The notes under the pieces: generated by a model
The model's input: the letters and a program-made list of their open reading frames with translations, nothing else
Told to the model about the DNA's origin: nothing
Database searches by the model: none
Translations under genes and position numbers: made by a program
In this document: piece after piece, positions 19,579 through 30,319 of the stretch
How positions within the stretch are numbered: the first letter of the stretch is position 1
Layout: each line of letters starts with the position of its first letter
DNA from: Waddliaceae bacterium
GTDB taxonomy: Bacteria; Chlamydiota; Chlamydiia; Chlamydiales; Waddliaceae
Reading direction: 5' to 3'
Assembly (NCBI GenBank): GCA_963724325.1
Contig: CAVRUH010000005.1
Span: 96,001-160,000, forward strand
Length of the DNA stretch: 64,000 nt

Positions 19579-21306
19579 ATGGTAAACATTTATAAATGGA
19601 TTCAATTATTTTTCCTTTCAATCTGCTGCGTGGCATTTGGTGGAGAAGTTGGTAATACTAATGAGGAATCTCTTTTAAAAGAGGCGAAAGCCCTTAATTC
19701 AGAGCAGCGATATAGTGAAGCAATTACCATTTATGAAAAACTTCTAGAACATTCACCAAAAAATACCGACTATTATTTCTTATTAGGAAAAACCTATTTA
19801 CAAATGGAATCCTTTGAAACAGCGATTGATACTTATGCTGAAGGATTAAAGATCCAACCGAATAATGCAGAATTAAAAGTTGCAATGGGCTACGCTTATT
19901 TACAAAGAGGAATCCATTTTCCCCGACTCTGGCCCCAGTATCAATGGTTTTGGTATCCGCCTTATGTATTCTATTTAACCCGAGAAGAGGTCTATCCGCG
20001 ACCAAATTGGAATGATATTTCAATAAGTCAAAGTATATTCGAAGGGGTTTTGGCACAAAATCCACAAGATTCCGATGCACTAACCGGCATCGGTCGTATT
20101 GAAGCCCTTAAGGACAATAAAGTACAGGCAGAATGCTATTATGCTGAAGCTCTTCATATTCGACCCAATAATGATACTACTTTTGCTTATTACGCAGCAT
20201 TGTTGTCAACGAATGGAGAATACTATTCCTCCAGAAATATGTATGAAAAATACTTAGAATTAGATCCCGCTGATGCCGGCACCCGAAAGGACTATATTGA
20301 TGTTGTAAAAAGAAGTAATCCAGAGGTCAATTTTGCAGGATTTTATGCTCAAGAAAACGAACAAGATCCAATTTCTACAACCCAAAGAGCTTGGACTGCA
20401 AGATTATACAATTATGGAGGGTTAGTTGCAGCTTCCTATGCACCCTTCGACCGATTAAAAGTTGCAGGGTCCTTTATCGATGAATATATCAGACTTAAAA
20501 ATTTAATCGGTAAAACGTATATATATTCTTTAAGTGTTCAAAGGGGTAATCTTGGATTCGTATGGAATGCCACTCCATATGCATCTGTTTCAGGAGCCCT
20601 TGGCGCCACATATTATGCAAAATATAAAAGTTCAACAACTTCTATACGCTCAGGATATTATATTCAACCCGCATTGAATATTACTTATACCAGAAATCAT
20701 CAAAGCACATTTATAGAAACAAATTCAGATACCATCCTTGTTGCAAGAGATCCTATAAGCAATCGTTCAACATTAATAGATCGTCAATTCCTGCGGGGAT
20801 TTTATGAATACAATTTTGGAAATCGAACTCAAGTAGGTGTCACAGCTGCAAATATTTGGTACATTAATCGAATAAAATGGAATCAACAGCAAATTGGGAC
20901 GACTTGGATTCAATGGGGTCCCCCACGCCTTTGGCAGTATATCACTTTCCGTTACCAATTTATCTATGGACGTTTCAATAAACTTACCCCGGATTATTAT
21001 GTGTACCGTTTTCAAACAACTCATTGGCTGAATGTCACCCTTTCCAAAAACTGGTTTAATGATAAATTGATCACAGAAGCAGGATATGGGCATGCCTGGC
21101 AGCGTGGATTCGAAACAGGACAAATTCTAACGACCACTCCCACTCCAACATTTCATATATTGTATCGCGAAATCAACGCCGCATTCGCTCGATTGGAATT
21201 CGATCCAAATGATTCAATATCTATGAGTTTGACAGGAACGTACACTCTGGATACATTTAATTATACAACGGCTTCAGTGACTGGAAAATTCCAGTGGAAC
21301 TTCTAA
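19579..21306 (+). CDS. TPR protein with probable C-terminal outer-membrane beta-barrel (polysaccharide export-like)
   Basis: Signal peptide, TPR repeats, aromatic-rich beta-strand region ending QWNF. Confidence 0.75.
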   Translation: MVNIYKWIQLFFLSICCVAFGGEVGNTNEESLLKEAKALNSEQRYSEAITIYEKLLEHSPKNTDYYFLLGKTYLQMESFETAIDTYAEGLKIQPNNAELKVAMGYAYLQRGIHFPRLWPQYQWFWYPPYVFYLTREEVYPRPNWNDISISQSIFEGVLAQNPQDSDALTGIGRIEALKDNKVQAECYYAEALHIRPNNDTTFAYYAALLSTNGEYYSSRNMYEKYLELDPADAGTRKDYIDVVKRSNPEVNFAGFYAQENEQDPISTTQRAWTARLYNYGGLVAASYAPFDRLKVAGSFIDEYIRLKNLIGKTYIYSLSVQRGNLGFVWNATPYASVSGALGATYYAKYKSSTTSIRSGYYIQPALNITYTRNHQSTFIETNSDTILVARDPISNRSTLIDRQFLRGFYEYNFGNRTQVGVTAANIWYINRIKWNQQQIGTTWIQWGPPRLWQYITFRYQFIYGRFNKLTPDYYVYRFQTTHWLNVTLSKNWFNDKLITEAGYGHAWQRGFETGQILTTTPTPTFHILYREINAAFARLEFDPNDSISMSLTGTYTLDTFNYTTASVTGKFQWNF

Positions 21307-21323
21307 AATAAGGGGATCTATTA

Positions 21324-21731
21324 ATGGAGAATGATGAAAAAAAACGATTTAAAATTGTCATTGTTGATGACGATGATGACCTTTTGAAATTGATGATATA
21401 TTTATTTGAAGCACAAGAATTTGATGTAATATCGCTCTCTTCAGGAAAAGAGGCCTTAGCTTATTTTTCAGATGAGGCAAAGATAAAATCAATAGATTTA
21501 CTCATTCTGGATCGTATGCTTCCAGATTTAGATGGACTTGAAATTCTAAAAAAATTAGAGAAAATGTATCCAAAAAAAACGCCTATTGTTCTTTTCTTGT
21601 CAGTGCTTGGTGCGGAAAAAGATGTTTTAAAAGGTCTTGAGGCTGGTGCTGTTGATTATTTGACAAAGCCATTTAACCTGGATGTTCTGCTGGATAAAGC
21701 ACGATCCTTGCTCACAAGGTACAGGAAGTAA
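21324..21731 (+). CDS. Single-domain response regulator (receiver)
   Basis: VDDD, LDRMLPDLDG, FLS, DYLTKPF. Confidence 0.93.
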   Translation: MENDEKKRFKIVIVDDDDDLLKLMIYLFEAQEFDVISLSSGKEALAYFSDEAKIKSIDLLILDRMLPDLDGLEILKKLEKMYPKKTPIVLFLSVLGAEKDVLKGLEAGAVDYLTKPFNLDVLLDKARSLLTRYRK

Positions 21732-21740
21732 ATTAAACCG

Positions 21741-22787
21741 ATGGAACTGTTATATATAATAGTCATCTACGCCCTTCTTACTGAAATACTCATTGTTCTA
21801 TTTCTTGTACTGCTCATCCCATTTCATCGACTAATTCTTCATTACAAAAAGACCTCTAGAGAGGCTGCACGAAAAAAAATATCTGAAATGATCATCGATT
21901 GTCTACAGCACAAGAAAATATCTGCAATAGATGAATCCCTAAAGAAATATACAAGTACCACAACCCTTCTCGCAACGGTAGAGGCTTTCGACAGAAGAAT
22001 ATCTGAGGCTGAATGGACTGAATTAAAAAACAAAATTGTAACAGTATATCTCTTGCCAACTGCTCGAAAAAAAGCGACTAGCTCTTCTTGGTTCAAAAGA
22101 AATTTTGCAGCTCGCTGTTTTGCTCTTACACCCTTGAAAGAAGATGAAAGCCTCATTTTTAAGCTCATCAGTGATCCTGTATTCCTTGTTCGAAGCGTTG
22201 CTGCAATCGCTATCCTTAACCTAGAAAACAAAGAAGGAATTTTTAAGATCATCAAGCAGATGAGTTGCGAAAAAGGATACGCTCGCTACTATTATCGAGA
22301 TCTGCTTTTGCAAGGTCCTACTAATATTACCAATTTTGTGAAAGAAATCGCTGAGTCTGAAACAGATCCTGCCATTCACCTTGCATGTCTCGAACTGCTG
22401 ACCGATAAATCGATTGTCATTATTCCCCATTATATCAAAGATGATCTTGAATCGACAAATGATAGCATTCGCTTGCAAGCTGCAAAAATTGTCGCACGTA
22501 ATCCGCAGAAAGATACTGTCAGTATTTTAACTAAATGCCTAGGTGATTCCAACTCAGAGATTAGAGCCGAAGCAACAAGGGGTTTTCACTATTTCCCAAC
22601 AAATGAGGTGTTTGAAACTCTTCAACAAATTTTAAGCGATCCTGTATGGGTGGTCCGGCTGCAAGCAGCAAAAACATTAAAAAAAATGGGTCAAAAAGGA
22701 CTCAACATCCTGAAAAATCAGGATTCTCTTGTCAATAAAATAGCTTACGATGTTGCCCAAACTGTACTCCAATATGATGGGTGGTAA
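21741..22787 (+). CDS. Membrane-anchored HEAT-repeat protein
   Basis: N-terminal TM helix; repeated D..VR..AA motifs. Confidence 0.85.
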   Translation: MELLYIIVIYALLTEILIVLFLVLLIPFHRLILHYKKTSREAARKKISEMIIDCLQHKKISAIDESLKKYTSTTTLLATVEAFDRRISEAEWTELKNKIVTVYLLPTARKKATSSSWFKRNFAARCFALTPLKEDESLIFKLISDPVFLVRSVAAIAILNLENKEGIFKIIKQMSCEKGYARYYYRDLLLQGPTNITNFVKEIAESETDPAIHLACLELLTDKSIVIIPHYIKDDLESTNDSIRLQAAKIVARNPQKDTVSILTKCLGDSNSEIRAEATRGFHYFPTNEVFETLQQILSDPVWVVRLQAAKTLKKMGQKGLNILKNQDSLVNKIAYDVAQTVLQYDGW

Positions 22788-24227
22788 TTGATGCATGACT
22801 TATTAAAGCCCCTATACATAATTCTCGACCCATTTTTTCTAATCTATTTTTCCATTGTCAACCTAATTTACGTCATTTTTTTCATTATAGGCTCCTTTGG
22901 AACCTTTAAACGGATAAGAGAAATCTATGCTGAAGATCTCACAAGTATTTTGAAATCAAACTCTTTGCCAGAAATGACTTTTATCGTCCCTACGTATAAT
23001 GACGAAGCATTTATTATGTCCTGCATTGATAGTTTAAGAAATCTTTCCTATCGATATAAACAGATCATTATCGTCAATGACGGATCTACCGACAACACCT
23101 TCAAAGTGCTTTTTGAAAAACTTGAGCTCAAACATATTCCGGTATTCTTTAACCAAACACTCCCGACCAAGCCAATTCGTGGTGCCTATGAAAGTACCCT
23201 ATATCCGGAAATCATCGTTATTGATAAAGAAAATGGTGAGAAATTTGATGCTGTAAATGTTGCTCTAAATGCCTGCCAAACTAACTACTTCGTTCTCATT
23301 GATTCAGATACCTTTATTGAAGATAGCGAATTCGAGGCCCTCATACGTCCTATTTTTTCCTCACCTGAAATTATTGCCGTAGGGGCTGCAGTCAAGATTC
23401 AAGATGGATGCGAAATTGTCGGAAGAAATATCGAAACTACTGCCTTTCCCCAAAATTATATTTCTGCTGTCCAGGCCATCGAATATCTCCGTGCCTTTCT
23501 CATGCGTGTAGGTTGGGATTTTTGTGACAATAACTATATTATCTCTGGGGCATTCGGCGTGTTTATTAAAGATGTTGTTGTGCAAGCCGGAGGATATGGA
23601 CCTACTATTGCAAATGATCTTGAGATGATTCTTCGGTTAAATCGAATCATGATCGCGTCTGGGACAAAATATCAGATCAAATATCTTCCAGATCCAGTTG
23701 CATGGACGAAAGCTCCTGGAACATGGAAGGCATTAGCCGACCAACGATTGAGGTGGCATAGGGGATTGCTTGAATGTCTTTGGTTTCACAAATCAATGAT
23801 ATTTAATCCCAAATATGGAGCGCAAGGAATGTTGGTACATCCTTTTTTGCTAATTTATGAGGGCTTTGAACCTGTCATCGAGAGTTTAGGATATATCTAT
23901 ATTCTTGTAGGTTGGTGGTTTGGTGTTGTGAATTCATATTTTGTGATATTATTTCTTATGATTACTGTAGGATTCGTCTTTATTCAAACTTTATTTTGTT
24001 TATTAATGGAAGAGTTCAGTTTTAAGAAATACCCATCTGTTAGAACTATTTGGTTGCTGTTTCTATATAGTTTAGTGGAAAATTTTGGATATCGCCAACT
24101 TACACTCATTTGGCGTCTGCGGGGCTTTATCAGTTTTTTCAAAAGATACAGTGAAATAAAAAAAGATACCGACAAACTCAATGCTTCCATCAATGAAATA
24201 CTCAAAAAAGGCAAGCTCCATTGGTAG
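22788..24227 (+). CDS. Processive GT2 glycosyltransferase (PgaC/IcaA-like)
   Basis: VNDGSTD, IDSD, ANDLE (ED position), QRLRW, several TM helices. Confidence 0.9.
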   Translation: MMHDLLKPLYIILDPFFLIYFSIVNLIYVIFFIIGSFGTFKRIREIYAEDLTSILKSNSLPEMTFIVPTYNDEAFIMSCIDSLRNLSYRYKQIIIVNDGSTDNTFKVLFEKLELKHIPVFFNQTLPTKPIRGAYESTLYPEIIVIDKENGEKFDAVNVALNACQTNYFVLIDSDTFIEDSEFEALIRPIFSSPEIIAVGAAVKIQDGCEIVGRNIETTAFPQNYISAVQAIEYLRAFLMRVGWDFCDNNYIISGAFGVFIKDVVVQAGGYGPTIANDLEMILRLNRIMIASGTKYQIKYLPDPVAWTKAPGTWKALADQRLRWHRGLLECLWFHKSMIFNPKYGAQGMLVHPFLLIYEGFEPVIESLGYIYILVGWWFGVVNSYFVILFLMITVGFVFIQTLFCLLMEEFSFKKYPSVRTIWLLFLYSLVENFGYRQLTLIWRLRGFISFFKRYSEIKKDTDKLNASINEILKKGKLHW

Positions 24228-24331
24228 ATGTCAACAGGCAATCGAATCTGTTTTGTTAGGTCTTTCAATGTGCCGACTGGTTGCAATAAATAATAAAAGT
24301 AATTACAATCTAACTAGATAAGGAGGTAAGT

Positions 24332-24586
24332 ACGGCACATCTAATTCGCGTGGGAAAATCACTTGGAGTGAGAATTCCAAAAACAATTATCAATCAAGTC
24401 GGTTTTAGGGAAAATACTAATCTCGTCTTTAAAGTGACTGATAAGGGATTGCTCATTTCTCCCAATCGACAAAATAGGCAAGGTTGGAATGAAATCTTTA
24501 AAACAACTTCTTCAAGGCAAAAAGAGCAGCTAATTATCAGCGAGGAAATTGTCAATCAGTTTGAAAAGGACGAATGGCAATGGTAA
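24332..24586 (+). CDS. AbrB/MazE-type antitoxin (canonical start codon missing; possibly pseudogene)
   Basis: TAHLIRVGKSLGVRIPK...RQGW...EWQW; GGAGG present but no ATG ahead of the conserved N-terminus. Confidence 0.7.
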   Translation, partial: TAHLIRVGKSLGVRIPKTIINQVGFRENTNLVFKVTDKGLLISPNRQNRQGWNEIFKTTSSRQKEQLIISEEIVNQFEKDEWQW

Positions 24587-24657
24587 AGCATTTCGATCTT
24601 ATATCGCTTGATCCGACTAAAGGCAGTGAAATAAAAAACAAGATATTCGCTTATTAG
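24580..24657 (+). pseudogene. Truncated MazF/PemK toxin remnant
   Basis: MVKHFDLISLDPTKGSEIK matches the PemK N-terminal LDPTxGSEI motif; stop after 25 aa; overlaps antitoxin stop. Confidence 0.75.
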
Positions 24658-24666
24658 GTCAAAAAT

Positions 24667-25485
24667 TCAGTACAATTTTCCTGCGAACCTGGAAAGAACA
24701 TAGGTACAAAAACTAATGGCGCTAATCAAAAATGAAACAGGCCAATTTGTAAGATAGGAAAGTGCAATTCCCAACCAAACGACGACAACTCCAATAAATA
24801 TTGATAGCGTTATTCCTCTCCAAAATGTACGCGTGATACAAAGTGCACTGGCAGCAGGTCCTATCAACAAAGTAAATACCAACAAAACTCCCACGACTTG
24901 ACTAGCCTCTGTCACAGCAATTGCAACCATCATCAGAAAAGTAATCGAAATAAAATGTAGAGATATTCCCTTCGCTTCTGCCAAATCAGGTTCTAAGCTC
25001 GCAAATAAAAGCTGTCTTCCAATCAGCACAATCCCCAATAAACTGACAATAGAATAAATAAACATCGATTTGATGAGATCATTCGAAACACCAAATATAT
25101 CACCAAATAATATAGACATTGCTTGGCCAGCATAATTCGTGTAAAAATGGAGAAATAACACTCCCAACCCCAAAGACAAGGCCAAAATCATCCCAATAGC
25201 AATATCGCTCTTGGAAGCTTTTTCCCCAAGACTTCCCATTCCAATAGCCGCCAAAAGAGTTAATATTAACTGCCCCGTTGCTGGAGAAAAGCCTGCTAAT
25301 CCTGCTCCCGCTGCCCCAGCGAAAGCAATATGACTGAGTGCATGTGAAGCAAAATTCTGACTCCTTAAAACAATGAAATATCCAATGATTGCTGAAACTA
25401 TTGCAGCCATTGTCCCTGCCATAAAGGCATTCCGCATAAAATCATAAATAAATAAATCGCTAATCATTTCAAGTACAGCCGTCAT
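24667..25485 (-). CDS. Zn/Mn ABC transporter permease (ZnuB-like)
   Basis: HALSHIAFAGA, ILFGDI, VGVLLV; multi-TM. Confidence 0.9.
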   Translation of the reverse strand: MTAVLEMISDLFIYDFMRNAFMAGTMAAIVSAIIGYFIVLRSQNFASHALSHIAFAGAAGAGLAGFSPATGQLILTLLAAIGMGSLGEKASKSDIAIGMILALSLGLGVLFLHFYTNYAGQAMSILFGDIFGVSNDLIKSMFIYSIVSLLGIVLIGRQLLFASLEPDLAEAKGISLHFISITFLMMVAIAVTEASQVVGVLLVFTLLIGPAASALCITRTFWRGITLSIFIGVVVVWLGIALSYLTNWPVSFLISAISFCTYVLSRFAGKLY

Positions 25486-26257
25486 GATCATCCTTCTCGG
25501 GGTTTTTGGGCATGATCCAAACATTATTTCCCGATCTTATCACCTCTACAGGGGTATTATAAAGTTGACTCAATGTCGTAGTGTTCACCACTTCATCAAC
25601 AGTGCCAATTGCCGCTTGCCCATGCGATAAATAGATAATATTATCCATGACATCAATCAATGGATTTATATTATGCCCTGTCATCAATACTGTGAAATTT
25701 AATGCTTTCTGAATGGAGTGTATTAATTTGATAATTCTCTCCTGTTGGCCAGGGTCAAGAGCACTTAATGGTTCATCCAATAGCAATATTTTTGGCTTTC
25801 CCAATAAGGCAAGCGCAAGGCCCAATCGTTGCCTTTCTCCTCCAGAATACTGCATGAAAGGTCTGTCGATATAATCTTGCAATTCTACCAGTTGAATAAC
25901 TTCTTCAATTTCTAGATTTTGCTTTTTATTCAAAAAAGGAAATCCCCAACGGCAACCCTGAGCAGCAGCAGAAAGAAAAGATCTTCCTGACAGAGGAAAA
26001 GATTCTAACTCATGATGAAATTGAGGCAAATATCCGATCGATAAAAGACCTCTTTTGGGTGGTGTGCCATAAATTAGGATTTTGCCATCTATTAAGTTCG
26101 TCAACCCCAAAATTGTGCGGAGCATTAATGTCTTTCCAGCTCCATTAGGTCCAAAGATTCCTACAAAACTACCATGAGGTATTGAAGCGGTTAAGTTGTT
26201 CAAAATAGATTTCGTTCCAAATCCAAATGAGGCATTTTGAAATTCAATAGCATTCAA
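25469..26257 (-). CDS. Zn/Mn ABC transporter ATP-binding protein (ZnuC-like)
   Basis: GPNGAGKT, SGGERQR, LLLDEP. Confidence 0.9.
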   Translation of the reverse strand: MNAIEFQNASFGFGTKSILNNLTASIPHGSFVGIFGPNGAGKTLMLRTILGLTNLIDGKILIYGTPPKRGLLSIGYLPQFHHELESFPLSGRSFLSAAAQGCRWGFPFLNKKQNLEIEEVIQLVELQDYIDRPFMQYSGGERQRLGLALALLGKPKILLLDEPLSALDPGQQERIIKLIHSIQKALNFTVLMTGHNINPLIDVMDNIIYLSHGQAAIGTVDEVVNTTTLSQLYNTPVEVIRSGNNVWIMPKNPEKDDHDGCT

Positions 26258-26259
26258 AA

Positions 26260-27117
26260 TTAACCGCCTAAACTTTTATCTAATTCGTTCAACTGATTCA
26301 TCATCCATTCAATATAACTTTGCCCTGCAGGTTCTGTTTCGCTAACCCCAACTACAGGAATACCAGCGCTTTCAGCTATATTTTTCATTGTGGTTGTAAT
26401 TGGATTAATGACTTGATTATTAAAGATAAGAACCTTGACTGCGTGATTTCTTAAATTGTCTTCAAATTTTTTGATGTCTTGAGCGCTGATGTCAGTATCA
26501 TTCATAACACTCAATTGAAAATTGATGCCCTTCATAATTAATCCCAGACTCTCTGCCATGTAATTAAATACAGGTTCTGTTGCAATCACTGGAGTTCCCT
26601 GATAGCGCTTTTTCATTTCAGCTATTTTATTAAGAAATGGTTTATTTTCTTCGGAAAATTTGAAAAATTGTTGTTTGAAATATGTCTTGTGTTCCGTATC
26701 AAGTTTACCCAATTCTTCGGTAAGTTTATTTGCAAAAGCGAGCATGGTGTTAGGATCATACCAGATATGCGGGTTGTCACCTTCTCTTTTATTAACCAAC
26801 TCTGCAACAACTATAATTGTTTTTGTTGAGTTATTGTCTGTTTTCGTTAAATTTTTCACCCATGGATCATAATTGATCCCATTATAAATAATAAGGTTGG
26901 CCTTGGCTATAGCCCTGGCTGTATCGGCCGACGTGCTAAATAAATGTGGATCCTGATTTGGATTATTAAGGATGCTAGTCACTTTTACATATGGCCCGCC
27001 AATCTCGCTAGCAATATCCCCATAAAAATTCTCTGCAGCAACAATTTCTATTATGTTGGCATCTAAAGATGCATAAAAAAATAACCATAAAAATAGATTA
27101 AGGATTTTCTTGCCCAT
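26260..27117 (-). CDS. Zn/Mn ABC transporter substrate-binding protein (ZnuA/TroA family)
   Basis: DPHLF, NPHIWYD, signal peptide. Confidence 0.9.
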   Translation of the reverse strand: MGKKILNLFLWLFFYASLDANIIEIVAAENFYGDIASEIGGPYVKVTSILNNPNQDPHLFSTSADTARAIAKANLIIYNGINYDPWVKNLTKTDNNSTKTIIVVAELVNKREGDNPHIWYDPNTMLAFANKLTEELGKLDTEHKTYFKQQFFKFSEENKPFLNKIAEMKKRYQGTPVIATEPVFNYMAESLGLIMKGINFQLSVMNDTDISAQDIKKFEDNLRNHAVKVLIFNNQVINPITTTMKNIAESAGIPVVGVSETEPAGQSYIEWMMNQLNELDKSLGG

Positions 27118-27225
27118 CGTAAGCCACTCAGCAAAATGTTAATCTCTTTCTAATAATATAAAATTATTTTCTTGACAATGTCCAAGTATTTACTATGATG
27201 AAAATAACAAGAAAAGGAGACAATT

Positions 27226-29283
27226 GTGGAAAAAATATTTGCTGATTCACCGCAAAATAAGCAAAAAAAAATCATTCTCCTTATTGATGACGACGTCGAT
27301 TGCTGCATCTACCTTGAAAAAGCCCTCCGCCATTCCGACTACTCCATAGTAATCGCACCAAATGGTAAAGAAGGATTAGAATTTATCGATAACGGAGTAT
27401 GCGATGCGGCGCTCGTCGATATCTTTCTCCCTGATGTCGACGGCGTGGAAGTTGCACGTCGCGTCCGGGCCAAAAAAGGCCACTTCTTCCCAATCATTGG
27501 CTTGACAAGTTTATCCATTGATACTCTTAAACAACAGTTTCCAAACGACCTCATCCATTTTTCCGATATCTGTATCAAACCCTTTGCATATCAAACGATT
27601 CTCAATGTATTACAAAAGTCTTATCCTTCATATTACAAAGAAAAAAGTTCCTTCCAACATCTGATTAGCGACTATCAAGCCTCCATTCCCGATAGACTTG
27701 AACTCCTCCGTAGCCTTATTAACGAAATTAAAAAGAAACCAAGTGAAAAAACTATCAACGAACTTCGATTACAGGTTCACAAATTAGCCGGAAGCGCCGG
27801 CCTCTACGGATACGACGAAGTAAGTACTGTCTGCAAAGAATTCGATGATGTCTTAGGGCAACATATCACCCTTTTCCAACAATCCGCCGATACTGCAAAT
27901 TGGGTCGATAAATATATAGAATTCATGAAAAAAATTACAGAGAGCTTTGCAAGTAAAAATGCAGTGAGTATTGGCGTCCTCGAACAAAAAATTATCGATA
28001 AAACAGCCATAATAGGTGTCATCGGCCTCGGCACGATCGGCCTTTCACTACTCGATGCCTTCGGAAGAGCAGGATTTTCCCTCGTAGGATACGATTCTAG
28101 CACTCAAAAAATGCAAATGCTCAAAAATAGAGAATCGTATCTTAATTTTATGGATATGAGCCACCTCTTCGGAATGATGGACGAAAATCGATTCATCCCT
28201 TCCTCAGATTCTAATGTTCTCAAAGATGCCGACGTACTTATTATAAGCGTGCCAACCTCCATTGATCGCTATGGAACGCCAAATCTCACCAACCTCAGAG
28301 CCGCATTCCAAACTGTAGCCGCATACCTCAAAAAACACCAACTCGTTATCCTCCAAAGTTCCACCTACCCCGGAACTACCCAAGAAGAACTCCTACCCAT
28401 ATTGTCGAAATCAAAACTCAGCGTCGGGATCGATTTCTACCTGGCTCACGTACCCGAAATCACAGATATCGGCAACCAAGATTTTAACTTTATTCAAATG
28501 CCTCGCATTGTCAGCGGCATCACCCCCTCATGTATGAAAAGCGTCTCCCTTCTTTATCAATATGTGAGCTCGAAAATTATACCGTGCTCCTCAACACAAG
28601 TTGCCGAAGCAGCGAAATTGCTTCAAAATGCCTTTCGATTAGTAAATATCTCGTTCATCAACGAAATGAAAATTCTATTCGATACAATGAATATCGACGT
28701 CTGGGAGGTAATCGCCGCTGCAGCTACAAAGCCTTTTGGATTTATGCCATTTTATCCAAGTCCTGGGATCGGCGGCGATTGCATTCCCATCGCTCCTTTT
28801 TATCTGGTTTGGAAAGCAAAGGCATCTGGAGGACCCACCACAATGCTCGAAGATGCCGGTCGCATTAATGATGGCATGCCCCATTACGTAATCAACAAGT
28901 TGATTTATGGTCTAAATCAACATAAAAAAACCATTCGTGATTCCAAAATCCTCATTCTTGGTGCGGGTTATAAAAAAGATGTTAATGACATCAGGGAATC
29001 CATCGCTCTAAAAATACTGCCAATTCTCAAAGAAATGCAAGCCAATGTCGACTATCATGACCCTTTTGTAAAATCAATCTCAAATTTTCCCAGCCATCCC
29101 GAAATGGCTATGGAATCTATTGAGTTCAATCTCGAAAACCTTAATCAATATGATGCCGTGGTGATTCTAACCGATCACTCTTTCTACGATTGGCCAAAGA
29201 TCGTAAAAAATAGCAACCTCGTTGTTGATACACGCAATGTTTCAGCAAATCTCATCGACACTAGAAAAATAATCAAGGCATAG
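27226..29283 (+). CDS. Fusion protein: receiver domain + Hpt domain + UDP-N-acetylhexosamine dehydrogenase (WbpA/WecC-like)
   Basis: IDDD...VDIFLPDVDG...LTS...KPF; VHKLAGSAGLYG; GVIGLG, STYPGTT, GIGGDCIP, YKKDVNDIRES. Confidence 0.85.
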   Translation: MEKIFADSPQNKQKKIILLIDDDVDCCIYLEKALRHSDYSIVIAPNGKEGLEFIDNGVCDAALVDIFLPDVDGVEVARRVRAKKGHFFPIIGLTSLSIDTLKQQFPNDLIHFSDICIKPFAYQTILNVLQKSYPSYYKEKSSFQHLISDYQASIPDRLELLRSLINEIKKKPSEKTINELRLQVHKLAGSAGLYGYDEVSTVCKEFDDVLGQHITLFQQSADTANWVDKYIEFMKKITESFASKNAVSIGVLEQKIIDKTAIIGVIGLGTIGLSLLDAFGRAGFSLVGYDSSTQKMQMLKNRESYLNFMDMSHLFGMMDENRFIPSSDSNVLKDADVLIISVPTSIDRYGTPNLTNLRAAFQTVAAYLKKHQLVILQSSTYPGTTQEELLPILSKSKLSVGIDFYLAHVPEITDIGNQDFNFIQMPRIVSGITPSCMKSVSLLYQYVSSKIIPCSSTQVAEAAKLLQNAFRLVNISFINEMKILFDTMNIDVWEVIAAAATKPFGFMPFYPSPGIGGDCIPIAPFYLVWKAKASGGPTTMLEDAGRINDGMPHYVINKLIYGLNQHKKTIRDSKILILGAGYKKDVNDIRESIALKILPILKEMQANVDYHDPFVKSISNFPSHPEMAMESIEFNLENLNQYDAVVILTDHSFYDWPKIVKNSNLVVDTRNVSANLIDTRKIIKA

Positions 29284-29291
29284 TTGCAAAA

Positions 29292-30269
29292 ATGAATAAA
29301 AAAAATATTCTAATTACCGGAGGCGCAGGTTTCATCGGCTCAAATATGGCAGTCCATCAGCTCGCAAAAGGCAACGCTGTTTGGGCCGTAGATAATCTCA
29401 TGACAGGACGCAAAAGCAATATAGAGCCTCTTTTATTAAATCCAGCTTTCCGTTTTGAAGAGGCCGACCTTGCTGCATGGAAACATCTGCCAAAAGCCGT
29501 TGAATGGGCAGATTATATCTTTCACTTCGCCGCAAGCATCGGACAACGTTTCGTCCTAAACAACCCCGTTTACACTATCACAAATAATATTCGAAGCTGT
29601 GAAGAAATTCTAAAAGCCATGGACAAAGTAAATCACAATGCACGTCTCCTAGTAATTTCCACTTCAGAACTCTACTGCCATAGTGAAGAGAATCCCGACG
29701 GCACTACCTCTGAAGATGCCATTATCTGCTTTTTATCAAATAATTTTTTGCAAGATACTTATCCTGTAAGCAAACTAGTCAACGAGGTCATGGCACTTTC
29801 CTACGGATACGAAAAAGGTCTCCACTGTACCATTGCAAGGATTTTTAATACTATCGGTGCCAATCAATGCAGCACCTACGGAATGGTTGTTCCCACATTC
29901 ATCGAGCAAGCCCTAAACAATAAACCTATTACAATCTACGGGGATGGATTGCAATCCCGTTCGTTCAGCGACGTACGGGACACCATTAGAGCCCTAGACT
30001 TACTTTTGCAAGCCCCAGACAGCAAAGGGGAGATCGTTAACGTTGGAAATGATGTGGAATGCACCATCTTAGAACTAGCAAATCTCGTTCGAAAAAAAAC
30101 AAACAGCAAATCAGAAATAGTTTACATGAACTACAAAGATGCCTATGGCGTCCCATTTGTAGATGTCAGAAGACGCCAACCAGATCTCACCAAATTAAAG
30201 CGTCTCACCAATTTCGAACCTCAATGGACCCTAGAAAATACCATTGAGTACCTTATTGAATTATTTTAG
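29292..30269 (+). CDS. NAD-dependent nucleotide-sugar epimerase/dehydratase
   Basis: TGGAGFIG, STSELY, YPVSK, RIFNTIG, YGDGLQSRSF. Confidence 0.9.
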   Translation: MNKKNILITGGAGFIGSNMAVHQLAKGNAVWAVDNLMTGRKSNIEPLLLNPAFRFEEADLAAWKHLPKAVEWADYIFHFAASIGQRFVLNNPVYTITNNIRSCEEILKAMDKVNHNARLLVISTSELYCHSEENPDGTTSEDAIICFLSNNFLQDTYPVSKLVNEVMALSYGYEKGLHCTIARIFNTIGANQCSTYGMVVPTFIEQALNNKPITIYGDGLQSRSFSDVRDTIRALDLLLQAPDSKGEIVNVGNDVECTILELANLVRKKTNSKSEIVYMNYKDAYGVPFVDVRRRQPDLTKLKRLTNFEPQWTLENTIEYLIELF

Positions 30270-30319
30270 GCATTTTGCTAATATCTACTCCAGCAACATC
30301 ACCCAGAGAGTAAAACCCT

